A stretch of 64,000 nucleotides of DNA. Origin: Bacteroidales bacterium. GTDB lineage: Bacteria > Bacteroidota > Bacteroidia > Bacteroidales > VadinHA17. Position numbers and translations under genes: made by a program. The notes below the pieces were generated by a model. The model was given only the letters and a program-made list of their open reading frames with translations. It searched no databases and was not told the DNA's origin. Positions 1 through 8,801 of this stretch are shown here, one piece after another; the first letter of the stretch is position 1; the number at the start of each line of letters is the position of its first letter. The DNA lies in NCBI GenBank assembly GCA_025454815.1, contig JALONR010000004.1, positions 17,583 through 81,582 of the forward strand, read 5' to 3'.

Positions 1-409
1 CTCCCCGCTTAACAATATCCTCAAGATCCTCAATATGCTTCTTATTCAGATTCTGAAATATCATCTCTGACATACCTATCTCAAGTGCAACCCTGAAGCC
101 AAGGATATTGAAAAGAGTCTTATCGCTAAGCATATTGGGTTCCACAATCCTTTTCATCCCCCTGAGCAGAGAGGGTTCTGCAAGGAGCATACCCCTCCTG
201 GTCCTTGTTTCAATCAGACCAAGCATCCTCAGCCGGCTTAAGGCTTCCCTGAGAACGCTTCGCCCAACTCCCAGTGCCTCAGCCAATTCCATCTCCCTGG
301 GAATAGGATCACCCGGACCAAGGTTGTTTTCTTTGAAATAACTCAGGAGCCTGTCCTCAACCTGGTCAACAAGTGTCACCTGATGGTTAACAATTCGAAG
401 ATCATTCAT
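1..409 (-). CDS. GntR/FadR-family transcriptional regulator; N-terminal part only, the 3' end runs off the window
   Basis: Reverse-strand translation from the ATG at 409-407 gives MNDLRIVNHQVTLVDQVEDRLLSYFKENNLGPGDPIPREMELAEALGVGRSVLREALSRLRMLGLIETRTRRG... This is a winged-HTH GntR signature and is clearly paralogous to the complete GntR at 22178-22936. It is absent from the ORF track because the window edge truncates it. Confidence 0.85.
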   Translation of the reverse strand, partial: MNDLRIVNHQVTLVDQVEDRLLSYFKENNLGPGDPIPREMELAEALGVGRSVLREALSRLRMLGLIETRTRRGMLLAEPSLLRGMKRIVEPNMLSDKTLFNILGFRVALEIGMSEMIFQNLNKKHIEDLEDIVKRG

Positions 410-419
410 ATTAATATGA

Positions 420-436
420 TTTGTCTTACAAATATA
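420..436. promoter_or_regulatory. Candidate GntR operator TTTGT-N3-ACAAA (420-432) overlapping a minus-strand -7 box TATATTTG (reverse complement of 429-436)
   Basis: TTTGTCTTACAAA fits the GntR-family GT-Nx-AC inverted repeat. It lies 11 nt upstream of the regulator's ATG. The same motif sits at the same spacing at 22947-22963. Confidence 0.5.
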
Positions 437-556
437 AAATAAATATTTTTACACAATACCTTAAAAGCATAATTTTGATTAACAAAAAGTAAATATTTCA
501 TGATTGACCTCTCTTAACACTCTGTTAATGAACACACAAACAAATTAAATATCTCA

Positions 557-2014
557 ATGAAAGAAAAAATATCCCTGCTGCTACTGGTTTCGGTCTCATG
601 CAGTCATAAGACCGCAGATGCGCCTAAACAAGATGGTGAATTCCCCAACATAATATTGCTAATGGCAGATGACCTGGGATACGGTGATCTTGGTTGCTAC
701 GGAAACCCTACTGTAAAGAGCCCAAACCTGGATATGATGGCCCGTGAAGGCATCCGCTTCAACCGTTTCTATTCTGCGGCCCCTGTCAGCTCACCTACAA
801 GAGGCAGTTGCCTGACGGGACGACACCCGTTCAGGTATGGAGTACTTTGGGCCGGAAGGGAACCACTCCCTGACGATGAGATCACACTTGCAGAGGCACT
901 GAAGAGCAAAGGTTATGAGACAGGCCATTTTGGAAAATGGCACCTTGGCGGATTGAGCCATACCGTTATCCAGGGTGAATTTCCGGGAGGACCTTCACCC
1001 TACTCTCCACCCTGGGAAAACGGTTTCGACGAATGTTTCTCCACTGAATCAATGGTTCCGAATTACAACCCATATTACCATGTGGGAGGCAGATACGGAA
1101 CGGAGGGATACAGACAGGTCCAGACCGAACCTGTCGCCAGGGGTCAGAGAACAGGTGGCGCTGTATGGACTGACCGCTACTGGACAGGGCCCGGACAGGT
1201 AGTGGACGAGTGGCTCGAAGGCGATGACTCTGAGATAATAATGGACAGAGCTATTGACTTCATACGTAGAAGGACCTTTATGAAAACTCCGTTCCTTGCG
1301 GTCATATGGTTTCATACTCCTCATACCCCGGTGGTTGCGGGGAATGAATACAGAAATCTGTACCCTGACCTGCCCATTGAGAAACAACACTGGTACGGTG
1401 CTATCACGGCGATGGATGATCAGATCGGACGACTACGCTCCTACCTCCGTGACAATGGTCTTTCCAGGAACACTATTCTCTGGTTCTGCAGTGACAATGG
1501 CCCCTCCTATATCCATAATTACAATTCGGCCGGACCGCTCAGGGGCAAAAAGTCTGAATTATATGAAGGCGGGATACGTGTTCCGGCCATCCTGGAATGG
1601 CCCGCCATGTTCACTGAGCCCATGACTTTAGATATCCCGGTATCAACCAGTGACTTCTACCCTACGTTACTCGCTGTCACCAACACGGTAATGGAGAACC
1701 AGCCACCACTGGACGGGGAAAACATCCTTCCGCTTCTGGAAGGTAAGAGTGACCGGAGAGGTCCAATCGGTTTTATGTCACCTTTGCCATCCCCTTTGCG
1801 AAAACAGGAGACCAGGGTGGAAGAACAATTTGCACTTGTAGACCGGCAATACAAGATCATCAGCATGGATGACGGGATTACTTATCAGCTATATGACCTG
1901 ATACAGGATGAGGGAGAGACCACAGACATCTCCCGGGAACAACCCGACCTGTTTAATGACATGAAAAACAAGTTGCTCAACTGGGTCAGGTCATGCAGGC
2001 AAGAAAGTACATGA
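557..2014 (+). CDS. S1-family sulfatase (arylsulfatase / N-acetylgalactosamine-6-sulfatase-like), secreted
   Basis: 485-aa ORF. N-terminal signal with Cys (LLLVSVSC). Motifs MADDLGYGD and SSPTRGSCLTGR (Ser at the formylglycine position), plus FHTPHTP and CSDNGP. Confidence 0.9.
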   Translation: MKEKISLLLLVSVSCSHKTADAPKQDGEFPNIILLMADDLGYGDLGCYGNPTVKSPNLDMMAREGIRFNRFYSAAPVSSPTRGSCLTGRHPFRYGVLWAGREPLPDDEITLAEALKSKGYETGHFGKWHLGGLSHTVIQGEFPGGPSPYSPPWENGFDECFSTESMVPNYNPYYHVGGRYGTEGYRQVQTEPVARGQRTGGAVWTDRYWTGPGQVVDEWLEGDDSEIIMDRAIDFIRRRTFMKTPFLAVIWFHTPHTPVVAGNEYRNLYPDLPIEKQHWYGAITAMDDQIGRLRSYLRDNGLSRNTILWFCSDNGPSYIHNYNSAGPLRGKKSELYEGGIRVPAILEWPAMFTEPMTLDIPVSTSDFYPTLLAVTNTVMENQPPLDGENILPLLEGKSDRRGPIGFMSPLPSPLRKQETRVEEQFALVDRQYKIISMDDGITYQLYDLIQDEGETTDISREQPDLFNDMKNKLLNWVRSCRQEST

Positions 2015-2135
2015 GCCCGCTGAATTTCATTGTTTTAGCCGACTAAACAAATCTGTATCCGGGATGAAACATCATCTGTATCAGACCAAAGGAGATTTGA
2101 ACAAATAACTAAAGCTATCCAGGGCCCATGAATAT

Positions 2136-2879
2136 TCACCATTCACCTCTTCTACCGTAATTTGCTCCGGCCGATTTTTTAAATTCTGCTACTGCCTTTT
2201 CAAACCCGGCAATAATTTGATCCGTGCTTTTCCCTGTGCTGCTACGGGCGGCAGAGATCAATGTTTTACACTCGTTTGAATCCATAAAACGGGTGGCCTC
2301 AAGCAGCTTGTCCTGATCTTCGTCAGGTATTACAAGAAATCCGTGCCTGTCTGCATGAATCAGTTGCCCAGGAAGGACTTTCCTTCCGAACACTTCAACC
2401 TCGCAGTTCCACCTTACGGGAGTACTCCAGGCATGACCAACGCAGAGAGCACGTGCCAGAGCCTTAAAACCGGCATTATTCATTTCACTGGTATCACGGA
2501 TACCTCCGTCAGTGATGGTACCCACACATCCAAGGGCACGATGAAAATTACTGTTGACCTCTCCCCAGAAAGATCCATAGATGACCGGCTTGTCAAGATC
2601 CTGCACAACGACAATCTTCGGGCCCTGAACTGATGCCACATATTCCCAGTAATGTTTTATTAAGCCTTCACTGGTTTTAACATGAGCCCTGTTTCCTGGT
2701 TCTATGACAAGGGTTACGGCATAACCAGCCATAGGTCCCATAAATGGCATATAATCAGTGACTGGTTCAAGGTTAAAACATTCCGCACCGGTATTGTGAC
2801 CGGTGATCTGCTCCCATCCATTGTAAACTGATGGAGTATTCCAGCGTTTCAGCTCAAGCAAATCCGCATGTGAGATCAT
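2136..2879 (-). CDS. RraA-family protein (HMG/CHA class II pyruvate aldolase / oxaloacetate decarboxylase-like), cytoplasmic
   Basis: 247-aa ORF with no signal peptide. RraA-fold signature ALGCVGTITDGGIRD. It is the last gene of the minus-strand PUL string. Confidence 0.7.
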   Translation of the reverse strand: MISHADLLELKRWNTPSVYNGWEQITGHNTGAECFNLEPVTDYMPFMGPMAGYAVTLVIEPGNRAHVKTSEGLIKHYWEYVASVQGPKIVVVQDLDKPVIYGSFWGEVNSNFHRALGCVGTITDGGIRDTSEMNNAGFKALARALCVGHAWSTPVRWNCEVEVFGRKVLPGQLIHADRHGFLVIPDEDQDKLLEATRFMDSNECKTLISAARSSTGKSTDQIIAGFEKAVAEFKKSAGANYGRRGEW

Positions 2880-3010
2880 TCAGGGTATCCTTTTTCCAAA
2901 TCCATAATGGCAAATAAGTAATTGTTTTGCCAAAAAGTATTACTGTAATCTCAGTTTCGCCATGAATAATAAATCAGTACAGGATCCGAACGCAGGTACT
3001 GTTTTCCTGA

Positions 3011-4162
3011 TTATAATTGATTCAAATCCAGGATGCCGAACCGTATAACGGTCCGTTTCGTATCCAGGTTCTCTGAACTGTCCCAGACACAAAGAAACAC
3101 CCCCGGTTCCTTTTCAATAAGTGTAGGATAGCTGTTACAGTTTTTATCCCAGTAGAAGAGGCGAGGCTTTGACCAGTTTTTTCCCGGTTCTTTAATGACA
3201 TAGTAGAGCCCTCTTCTGACGCTTCTCTCGTCATCATTATAAACATATATCTGTCTTCCTTTTGAATCCTTTCCGTAAAAACCCTTTGATGCCGTATTCC
3301 AGAGAGCAGGTTCCTCAACAGCCATAGACCATGTTTTGCCATTATCAATGCTTACTGAAGAGTATGCCCTGGGCACGGGGAGAGCTTTCCTTTCACTGTA
3401 ATACTGGGCTGTACGCATTACCATCTTTATTTCGCCAGGTTGGTCACCTTCATCCATCACTCCCTCATGCACCCAGACATCATCCGGTCTTGGAATATAT
3501 GAGGCCAATTCCCAGTTGATCAGGTCATAGCTCTGCAATACAAATTGTTCCCTGTCACCCGTAGGATCTTTCTGAAGAGTATTTCGATGCCCTGCCAGCA
3601 GGTACTTTCTGATCCCGTTCTCCGTTACGGCAAAAGGATGAGCACAGGTAATAATTGGTCCCAGGTGATTGACGTTTATATCAACCGGTGTCCATGAAAC
3701 ACCTCCGTCACATGAGTAGGCTGCAACCAGTTCGCTTTCCTCACTGTTCCTCTGAGCGATCGGGCATTTCATTCCAAAAAACCATAATGTTTTATGACCT
3801 TCGGGAATATACAGAACAGCATTGGCATATGCATACCGCTGGCTGCCGTCAGGAATCTGGTGATCAAATATCTTTGTGGGCGGAGACCAGGTCTTGCCAC
3901 CGTCTCTTGATATGGAGCACATCATGTCTCCCATGTCTGTTTTGCCGCTGAGCTGGAGACCATAGGCCGCCACATAGTGATCCTTGCCCCACCTGGCAAT
4001 ATATGGTTGCCAGATGCGGTGGTAAATACTGTTCTGAGGCAGCACATCTATCGTTACAACATCCTTTACATCTCCAGTGTTCTGAGCATTTGACACTCCA
4101 ACTGACAGTAACTGTATCACTGCAAGCACTAGGCTTAGAATTAATGGTGACTTTTTCATCAT
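3011..4162 (-). CDS. Secreted BNR/Asp-box sialidase-fold propeller, non-canonical (family A, copy 1)
   Basis: 383 aa with a signal peptide ending SNAQ. Asp-boxes SISRDGGKTW, SCDGGVSW and SIDNGKTW. No clear F/YRIP motif. Paralogue of 10206-11342. Confidence 0.85.
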   Translation of the reverse strand: MMKKSPLILSLVLAVIQLLSVGVSNAQNTGDVKDVVTIDVLPQNSIYHRIWQPYIARWGKDHYVAAYGLQLSGKTDMGDMMCSISRDGGKTWSPPTKIFDHQIPDGSQRYAYANAVLYIPEGHKTLWFFGMKCPIAQRNSEESELVAAYSCDGGVSWTPVDINVNHLGPIITCAHPFAVTENGIRKYLLAGHRNTLQKDPTGDREQFVLQSYDLINWELASYIPRPDDVWVHEGVMDEGDQPGEIKMVMRTAQYYSERKALPVPRAYSSVSIDNGKTWSMAVEEPALWNTASKGFYGKDSKGRQIYVYNDDERSVRRGLYYVIKEPGKNWSKPRLFYWDKNCNSYPTLIEKEPGVFLCVWDSSENLDTKRTVIRFGILDLNQL

Positions 4163-4307
4163 ATAACTGTTATCTGGTTATTATTTAAATCAAATCTGCC
4201 TGATCTTCCGTAACAAATTTTTGTAGCCAATCCCGTGAAGATTGACACTGATTCCTGACAGGTAGTTTCCGGCCATGATTCTTAATTACGCTGACTGTTT
4301 TAAGCAA

Positions 4308-5408
4308 TTATTTATCGCTTTTCCTGATGGTGCATTTCTGAATATTGAACTGATACGGGCCATTGGGGATACATGAATATAACAGGTAAAATGAAGTTCC
4401 ATCTTTACTGATCCACTTTGAAGGAATATTAGGCGCAAACCGGTTTTCAGGCTTTCCCCATTCCTTTTCATAATAAACTGTTCTCCACGGTCCCCAGGGA
4501 TTATCACCTTCAAAAATGCCCAGATGGGCAATTCTGTTTGCATTTTTGTTTGACCACCATTTCCATTCTCCATAAGGAGAACATGTTGACAGAAAATACT
4601 TCCCTATACCAGGATTGTATACAAGGTTCGGTCTGAAGCAACCTGAAGAGTCTGTGAAAACAGGTGTTCTGTTTTCGTAACTGTCCCAGTTAATCTCATT
4701 TTCAGCTGTTTTCCGGAAGAACCTGTAGCCATTCCGGTCAAGTATTTCCGATACTTTCACCCTGCCCATGATCATATCAGGGTAATCGGCATATGCGCTT
4801 GGCCCGTCGGGGGCAATAAAGTAGGCATATTCATCCTGTGCATCACCGTAGTTTTTCCCGGCATTAAGCCAGACCGGATACCCGATGCCGGGCCAGTTCC
4901 ATTCGACCCATTTCCATGTATTACCGTAATCTTCCGAGTATATCAGGGCCGATCCTGTCCCTTTTGGAGAATCCGGCAGGTTCAGGTTCCGAACCCAGGC
5001 ATAAAGGATACCCCTGATCATTACCAGTCCGCACACCTTTCTTCCATTTTTCCCGCTGCCGTAAACAGTAAGGTGTTCAATCGACACACCAGTGTCTTTT
5101 CCCTCAATATCAGGCGGGAAGCCTGTTATGGTTACAGGAGCTGAACTGGGATCATGGGTATAGGATCCAAAACCCTTCCCATCTGTAAAAAAGGAGAGAA
5201 TCTCATCTCTATTTGTCCAGGTATTGGCCCAGTTGTCTCCATGGCCAATGGAAATGCGAAGGGCATCAATCTGAAAATCAGTAATATATTCACTTGGGGG
5301 ATATGGTACCCTGATTTTTTCCTGGTCATCTCTGTCAGCCTGGGCATAAAGCCTGAATATCAGAAGATGTATCATTAAGAGTATTGCTGTACTGATTAAC
5401 CTTTTCAT
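4308..5408 (-). CDS. Secreted protein of unknown function (single Asp-box; possibly a beta-propeller, DUF4185-like guess)
   Basis: 366-aa ORF with a signal peptide (LLIFRLYAQA) and one Asp-box-like SEDYGNTW. It sits within the operon string. I cannot confirm the family. Confidence 0.75.
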   Translation of the reverse strand: MKRLISTAILLMIHLLIFRLYAQADRDDQEKIRVPYPPSEYITDFQIDALRISIGHGDNWANTWTNRDEILSFFTDGKGFGSYTHDPSSAPVTITGFPPDIEGKDTGVSIEHLTVYGSGKNGRKVCGLVMIRGILYAWVRNLNLPDSPKGTGSALIYSEDYGNTWKWVEWNWPGIGYPVWLNAGKNYGDAQDEYAYFIAPDGPSAYADYPDMIMGRVKVSEILDRNGYRFFRKTAENEINWDSYENRTPVFTDSSGCFRPNLVYNPGIGKYFLSTCSPYGEWKWWSNKNANRIAHLGIFEGDNPWGPWRTVYYEKEWGKPENRFAPNIPSKWISKDGTSFYLLYSCIPNGPYQFNIQKCTIRKSDK

Positions 5409-5542
5409 TGGTTCTGTTTGATTAATTGTAAGGCTTTGGCCGCATTGTTTATGATAACCAATTGCTCAGGATTGAATTTGGTTCTGCAGGGACCTGGTTC
5501 AGTTTTGTTGTATTCAATGCCATCGTACATTTCAGGCCCTGA

Positions 5543-7261
5543 TTATCTTTTCAACAATTCATCAAGTGGAATGCTCTCAAAAGTCATATCTGCCTGACTG
5601 CCCTCATAAATAATCCCGATGGTTTTTTCATCAATGGAAGTAAGGCAGGAATATCCACGGTTATACCATTCATCAAGGAGTAACCAGTAATCTTCGGGCC
5701 ATGTCATTCCGTCATCAAAGCTTACTTTGACAGTGGTTCTTCTCCTGGGGTTATGGTCAACATCAGGATTGGAGAACAATAGTATCGATCTGGTGATGCC
5801 GCCTTCAGTGTAAACATGACGGTGGAGGGAGCCCATGCATGCGGGTTCTCTGAGGGTATTTCGTGAAGTGGCATGTTCAGTCCATGTTTCACCCAGATCG
5901 GTTGTAGTGGCAACAGCCCGGCCGTTCCGGGTTCCTCTCAGGTCACTGTTTCCTCCAAATTTCATGTTCAGCATTACTGTTCCGTCGCTTAACTGAGCTA
6001 CAGCACACTCATTGGTTTTGTAATAAGCAGGCTGGCTGGTCTTCCATGTTATTCCACCGTCCTTACTGTATGTAATATTTGAGAATCCTCTCCTTTTTTC
6101 ATCCCTTCCCTGGGAAGGAAAGAGAAGAGTTCCATCCTCAAGCGTAATACCCCTGCCCGGAGCAACAGCCCAAAGATCCCATTCCTCCTTCTTGCACATC
6201 CTTGTAAGATTCACGGGTTCACTCCAGGTCTGACCGTCATCATTACTGGTTGAGACCAGGAACTGGCCGGTCTGCCGAGGGTCAAATCCCGGTCCGGAAT
6301 ATTTTCTTTCCTGCTGGTATTTCCAGGCATCATTTTCTGCTGTCAGGCCTTCGATCCAACTACCGGTTTTTGTATCGTGAAGCCCGTGCATCCAGAAGGC
6401 GGCCACCAAAATATTATCAGAATTCGCGTCTGAGATAATGCAGGCATCACTGACACCGTTGTAAGTCTGAGGCAGGCCACCCCATTCACCCATATCAAGC
6501 ACAATCCTCATAGGCTCCCATGTATTCCCATTGTCTGTACTTCTGCTCAACCCGATATCAATATCTCCCTGCAGGTCATGGCTGTTGATATGCCTTACAT
6601 CATAAATGGCAAGCAAGGTCCCTTTCCGTGTGGTGGCAAGCCCGGGTACCCTGTATGTATCAACATTGTCATCGGCATGCTTTCTCACGGCCACACCTAT
6701 TCGTTGTCTGACAGGAGGATCGGCATCCGGAACAGCCGGCCTTTCTCCCGCAATAATCATCCCGTTGAACCCGGCATCAATCTTATTGTGAAGGCTTGCA
6801 TTTTCAGACAGTTCAACCATTACCCAGAAGTAGCTATCCCCGGGAGGAAGCATCTGCTCTCCCTTGAAGGTTATTGACGGAGCCGGTTTCATATCCTTTC
6901 CGAACTGAAGGGGAGAAAACTCGTCATACAGCGGATCAAGTATATTACCGGCCTTATCAGGGACCGTCTCATATCTCACCCAGAGGGAATCTTTCCCCAT
7001 GAAAAAGAGCCTGATGGCCTTGATATCATCAAGGTTATCAGTGCCATCAGTATTTAACTTTATTGAAGTGACAGGCTTTGCAACCGAGTCTCCGTTGACC
7101 ACCTTTAACTGCAGTACCGGATTATTGTCACGATATTTCAGAACAGGCACCTGCAATTGGTTAAGAAAAACTGAAACATTCTGTTCTCCACCGCTGCACC
7201 CTGACTGTATCAGGGCAGTGAAAGCCAACATTAATATGAGTGCTGTATTTGATTTTTTCAT
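5543..7261 (-). CDS. GH33 exo-alpha-sialidase with an N-terminal accessory domain (NanH-like), lipoprotein
   Basis: YRVPGLATT (F/YRIP-type motif). Asp-boxes SRSTDNGNTW, STSNDDGQTW, YSKDGGITW, TTTDLGETW and SFDDGMTW. Lipobox IQSGC. The ORF track starts at a GTG at 7273. I prefer the ATG at 7261 (MKKSNTAL...), which removes the overlap with the upstream sulfatase. Confidence 0.9.
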   Translation of the reverse strand: MKKSNTALILMLAFTALIQSGCSGGEQNVSVFLNQLQVPVLKYRDNNPVLQLKVVNGDSVAKPVTSIKLNTDGTDNLDDIKAIRLFFMGKDSLWVRYETVPDKAGNILDPLYDEFSPLQFGKDMKPAPSITFKGEQMLPPGDSYFWVMVELSENASLHNKIDAGFNGMIIAGERPAVPDADPPVRQRIGVAVRKHADDNVDTYRVPGLATTRKGTLLAIYDVRHINSHDLQGDIDIGLSRSTDNGNTWEPMRIVLDMGEWGGLPQTYNGVSDACIISDANSDNILVAAFWMHGLHDTKTGSWIEGLTAENDAWKYQQERKYSGPGFDPRQTGQFLVSTSNDDGQTWSEPVNLTRMCKKEEWDLWAVAPGRGITLEDGTLLFPSQGRDEKRRGFSNITYSKDGGITWKTSQPAYYKTNECAVAQLSDGTVMLNMKFGGNSDLRGTRNGRAVATTTDLGETWTEHATSRNTLREPACMGSLHRHVYTEGGITRSILLFSNPDVDHNPRRRTTVKVSFDDGMTWPEDYWLLLDEWYNRGYSCLTSIDEKTIGIIYEGSQADMTFESIPLDELLKR

Positions 7262-7269
7262 TCTGCGGG

Positions 7270-8715
7270 TCACTTTCCTGGTTTGATTTCTTCATATTTT
7301 GGATTTGGTTCAGGCATCTGTGCATTTACTGACTTTCTCCAGTCGGCCAGCATTTTTTTCAGTTCAATAACCTTATCAGGATTCAGGGGTGCCAGGTCAT
7401 TCTGTTCCAGGCTGTCAACTTTGAGGTTATACAGTTGTGCTGAACCATCCTCAAGGGATTCGATCAGCTTCCAATCCTTGTACCTGACAACATCGCACAT
7501 GCTTGAATAATGAGGAAAATGCCAGTACAGGGCTTCACGGTCAATTGAGGGGTCACCTTTAAGCAGGGGAACAATACTCATTCCGTCAACATGCTGTTCA
7601 GGCATCATGTCAAGGCCGGCCATCTGAAGCATTGTAGGGTAGAAATCGTTGCTGATGACCGGATAGCCTGATTCTGATCCTTCCCTTGTCACACCCGGCC
7701 ATCTTATTATCAGCGGAACCCTGATGCCACCCTCATAGAAATTACCCTTCCCTCCCCTGAAGGGATAATTGGTGGTTGATTTCAGCAACCCCCCATTATC
7801 AGAGTAAAAGATAATAATTGTGTTATCGTCAATCTCAAGGTCCTTCAGTGTTTCGATGAGCGCACCCATGCTCTGGTCAACGCTCTCGATCATGGCTGCA
7901 TACTTGGCATTATGGTGCCCCATGATAGTGTCAGCCTCCTTTTTCCTGTACTTCTCAATCAGGCTGTCTTTTGCCTGAATCGGAGTATGAACCGCATAAT
8001 GAGAGAGATAGAGAAAGAATGGCCTGTCCTTGTTTGTCTCGATGAATTTCGTTGCCTCAGTAGTGAGACGGTCTGTAATATATTCACCGGGGACCCCGTC
8101 AGGGAGTACATTCCATTCAATCCATGGATAACCCTCTGTCATACGCCATTTGTTATTATAGGGGAAGAAATAATTCTGTGTATTTCCATGACCGTTGCCT
8201 CCTACATTGATATCGAAACCCTGAAACTCCGGGAAATACTCAGGCTCATCGCATACATGCCACTTCCCGATTGATGCAGTTGCATAGCCTGCTGACTTAA
8301 GTGCCTCGGCAATTGTCACCTCCTCCAGAGGGAGGTTCATGCAGTAATCAGGGTCTTTCAGGGGTGTAATATTACCTTCAGATTCCTGCCTTTTATGGGA
8401 AATGATCGGAATTGGTGCCGTGATATGAAGGCGGGCAGCATACTTGCCTGTGAGGATGCTGGCCCTGGTGGGTGACGAAATCGTACTGCCGGCATAAGCC
8501 GAGGTGAATCTCATCCCCTCCTGTGCCACCATATCTATGTTCGGAGTCTCATAATACTCACTTCCGTAACAGCTCACATCACTGTATCCCAGGTCATCAA
8601 CCAGGAAGAATATAAAATTCGGTTTCGGTGCCTCTGTATTGCACCCGCTAAACAATACGGGTGCCAGTGAAATCTTCACCAGGTTCCTGCAAATAGATTT
8701 GTGTCCTTTTTTCAT
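7270..8715 (-). CDS. S1-family sulfatase, lipoprotein
   Basis: 481 aa. Lipobox LFSGC. Motifs VDDLGYSD and ISSPTRASILTGK (Ser at the formylglycine position), plus YSDNGG. Confidence 0.9.
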   Translation of the reverse strand: MKKGHKSICRNLVKISLAPVLFSGCNTEAPKPNFIFFLVDDLGYSDVSCYGSEYYETPNIDMVAQEGMRFTSAYAGSTISSPTRASILTGKYAARLHITAPIPIISHKRQESEGNITPLKDPDYCMNLPLEEVTIAEALKSAGYATASIGKWHVCDEPEYFPEFQGFDINVGGNGHGNTQNYFFPYNNKWRMTEGYPWIEWNVLPDGVPGEYITDRLTTEATKFIETNKDRPFFLYLSHYAVHTPIQAKDSLIEKYRKKEADTIMGHHNAKYAAMIESVDQSMGALIETLKDLEIDDNTIIIFYSDNGGLLKSTTNYPFRGGKGNFYEGGIRVPLIIRWPGVTREGSESGYPVISNDFYPTMLQMAGLDMMPEQHVDGMSIVPLLKGDPSIDREALYWHFPHYSSMCDVVRYKDWKLIESLEDGSAQLYNLKVDSLEQNDLAPLNPDKVIELKKMLADWRKSVNAQMPEPNPKYEEIKPGK

Positions 8716-8801
8716 TCTGTTAAACCTTATTTAAATATTTCATAAACATCAATTAGCTGCCGCAGGGGATTTACGGTTTTCGGGTACCGGTCCTGAAACG
8801 T

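Noticed and set aside
108-341. 77-aa plus-strand ORF at the left edge
   Set aside because: It lies entirely antisense to the clearly recognisable GntR-family coding sequence (1-409, minus strand). Its sequence is low-complexity and Ser/Leu/Pro-rich, so I treat it as a shadow ORF.
2975-3001. Possible terminator hairpin CAGTAC-N15-GTACTG between the family-A propeller gene and the RraA-like gene
   Set aside because: The stem is only 6 bp with a large loop and no U-tract on the transcribed strand. This is too weak to annotate, so it remains open whether the RraA-like gene is co-transcribed.
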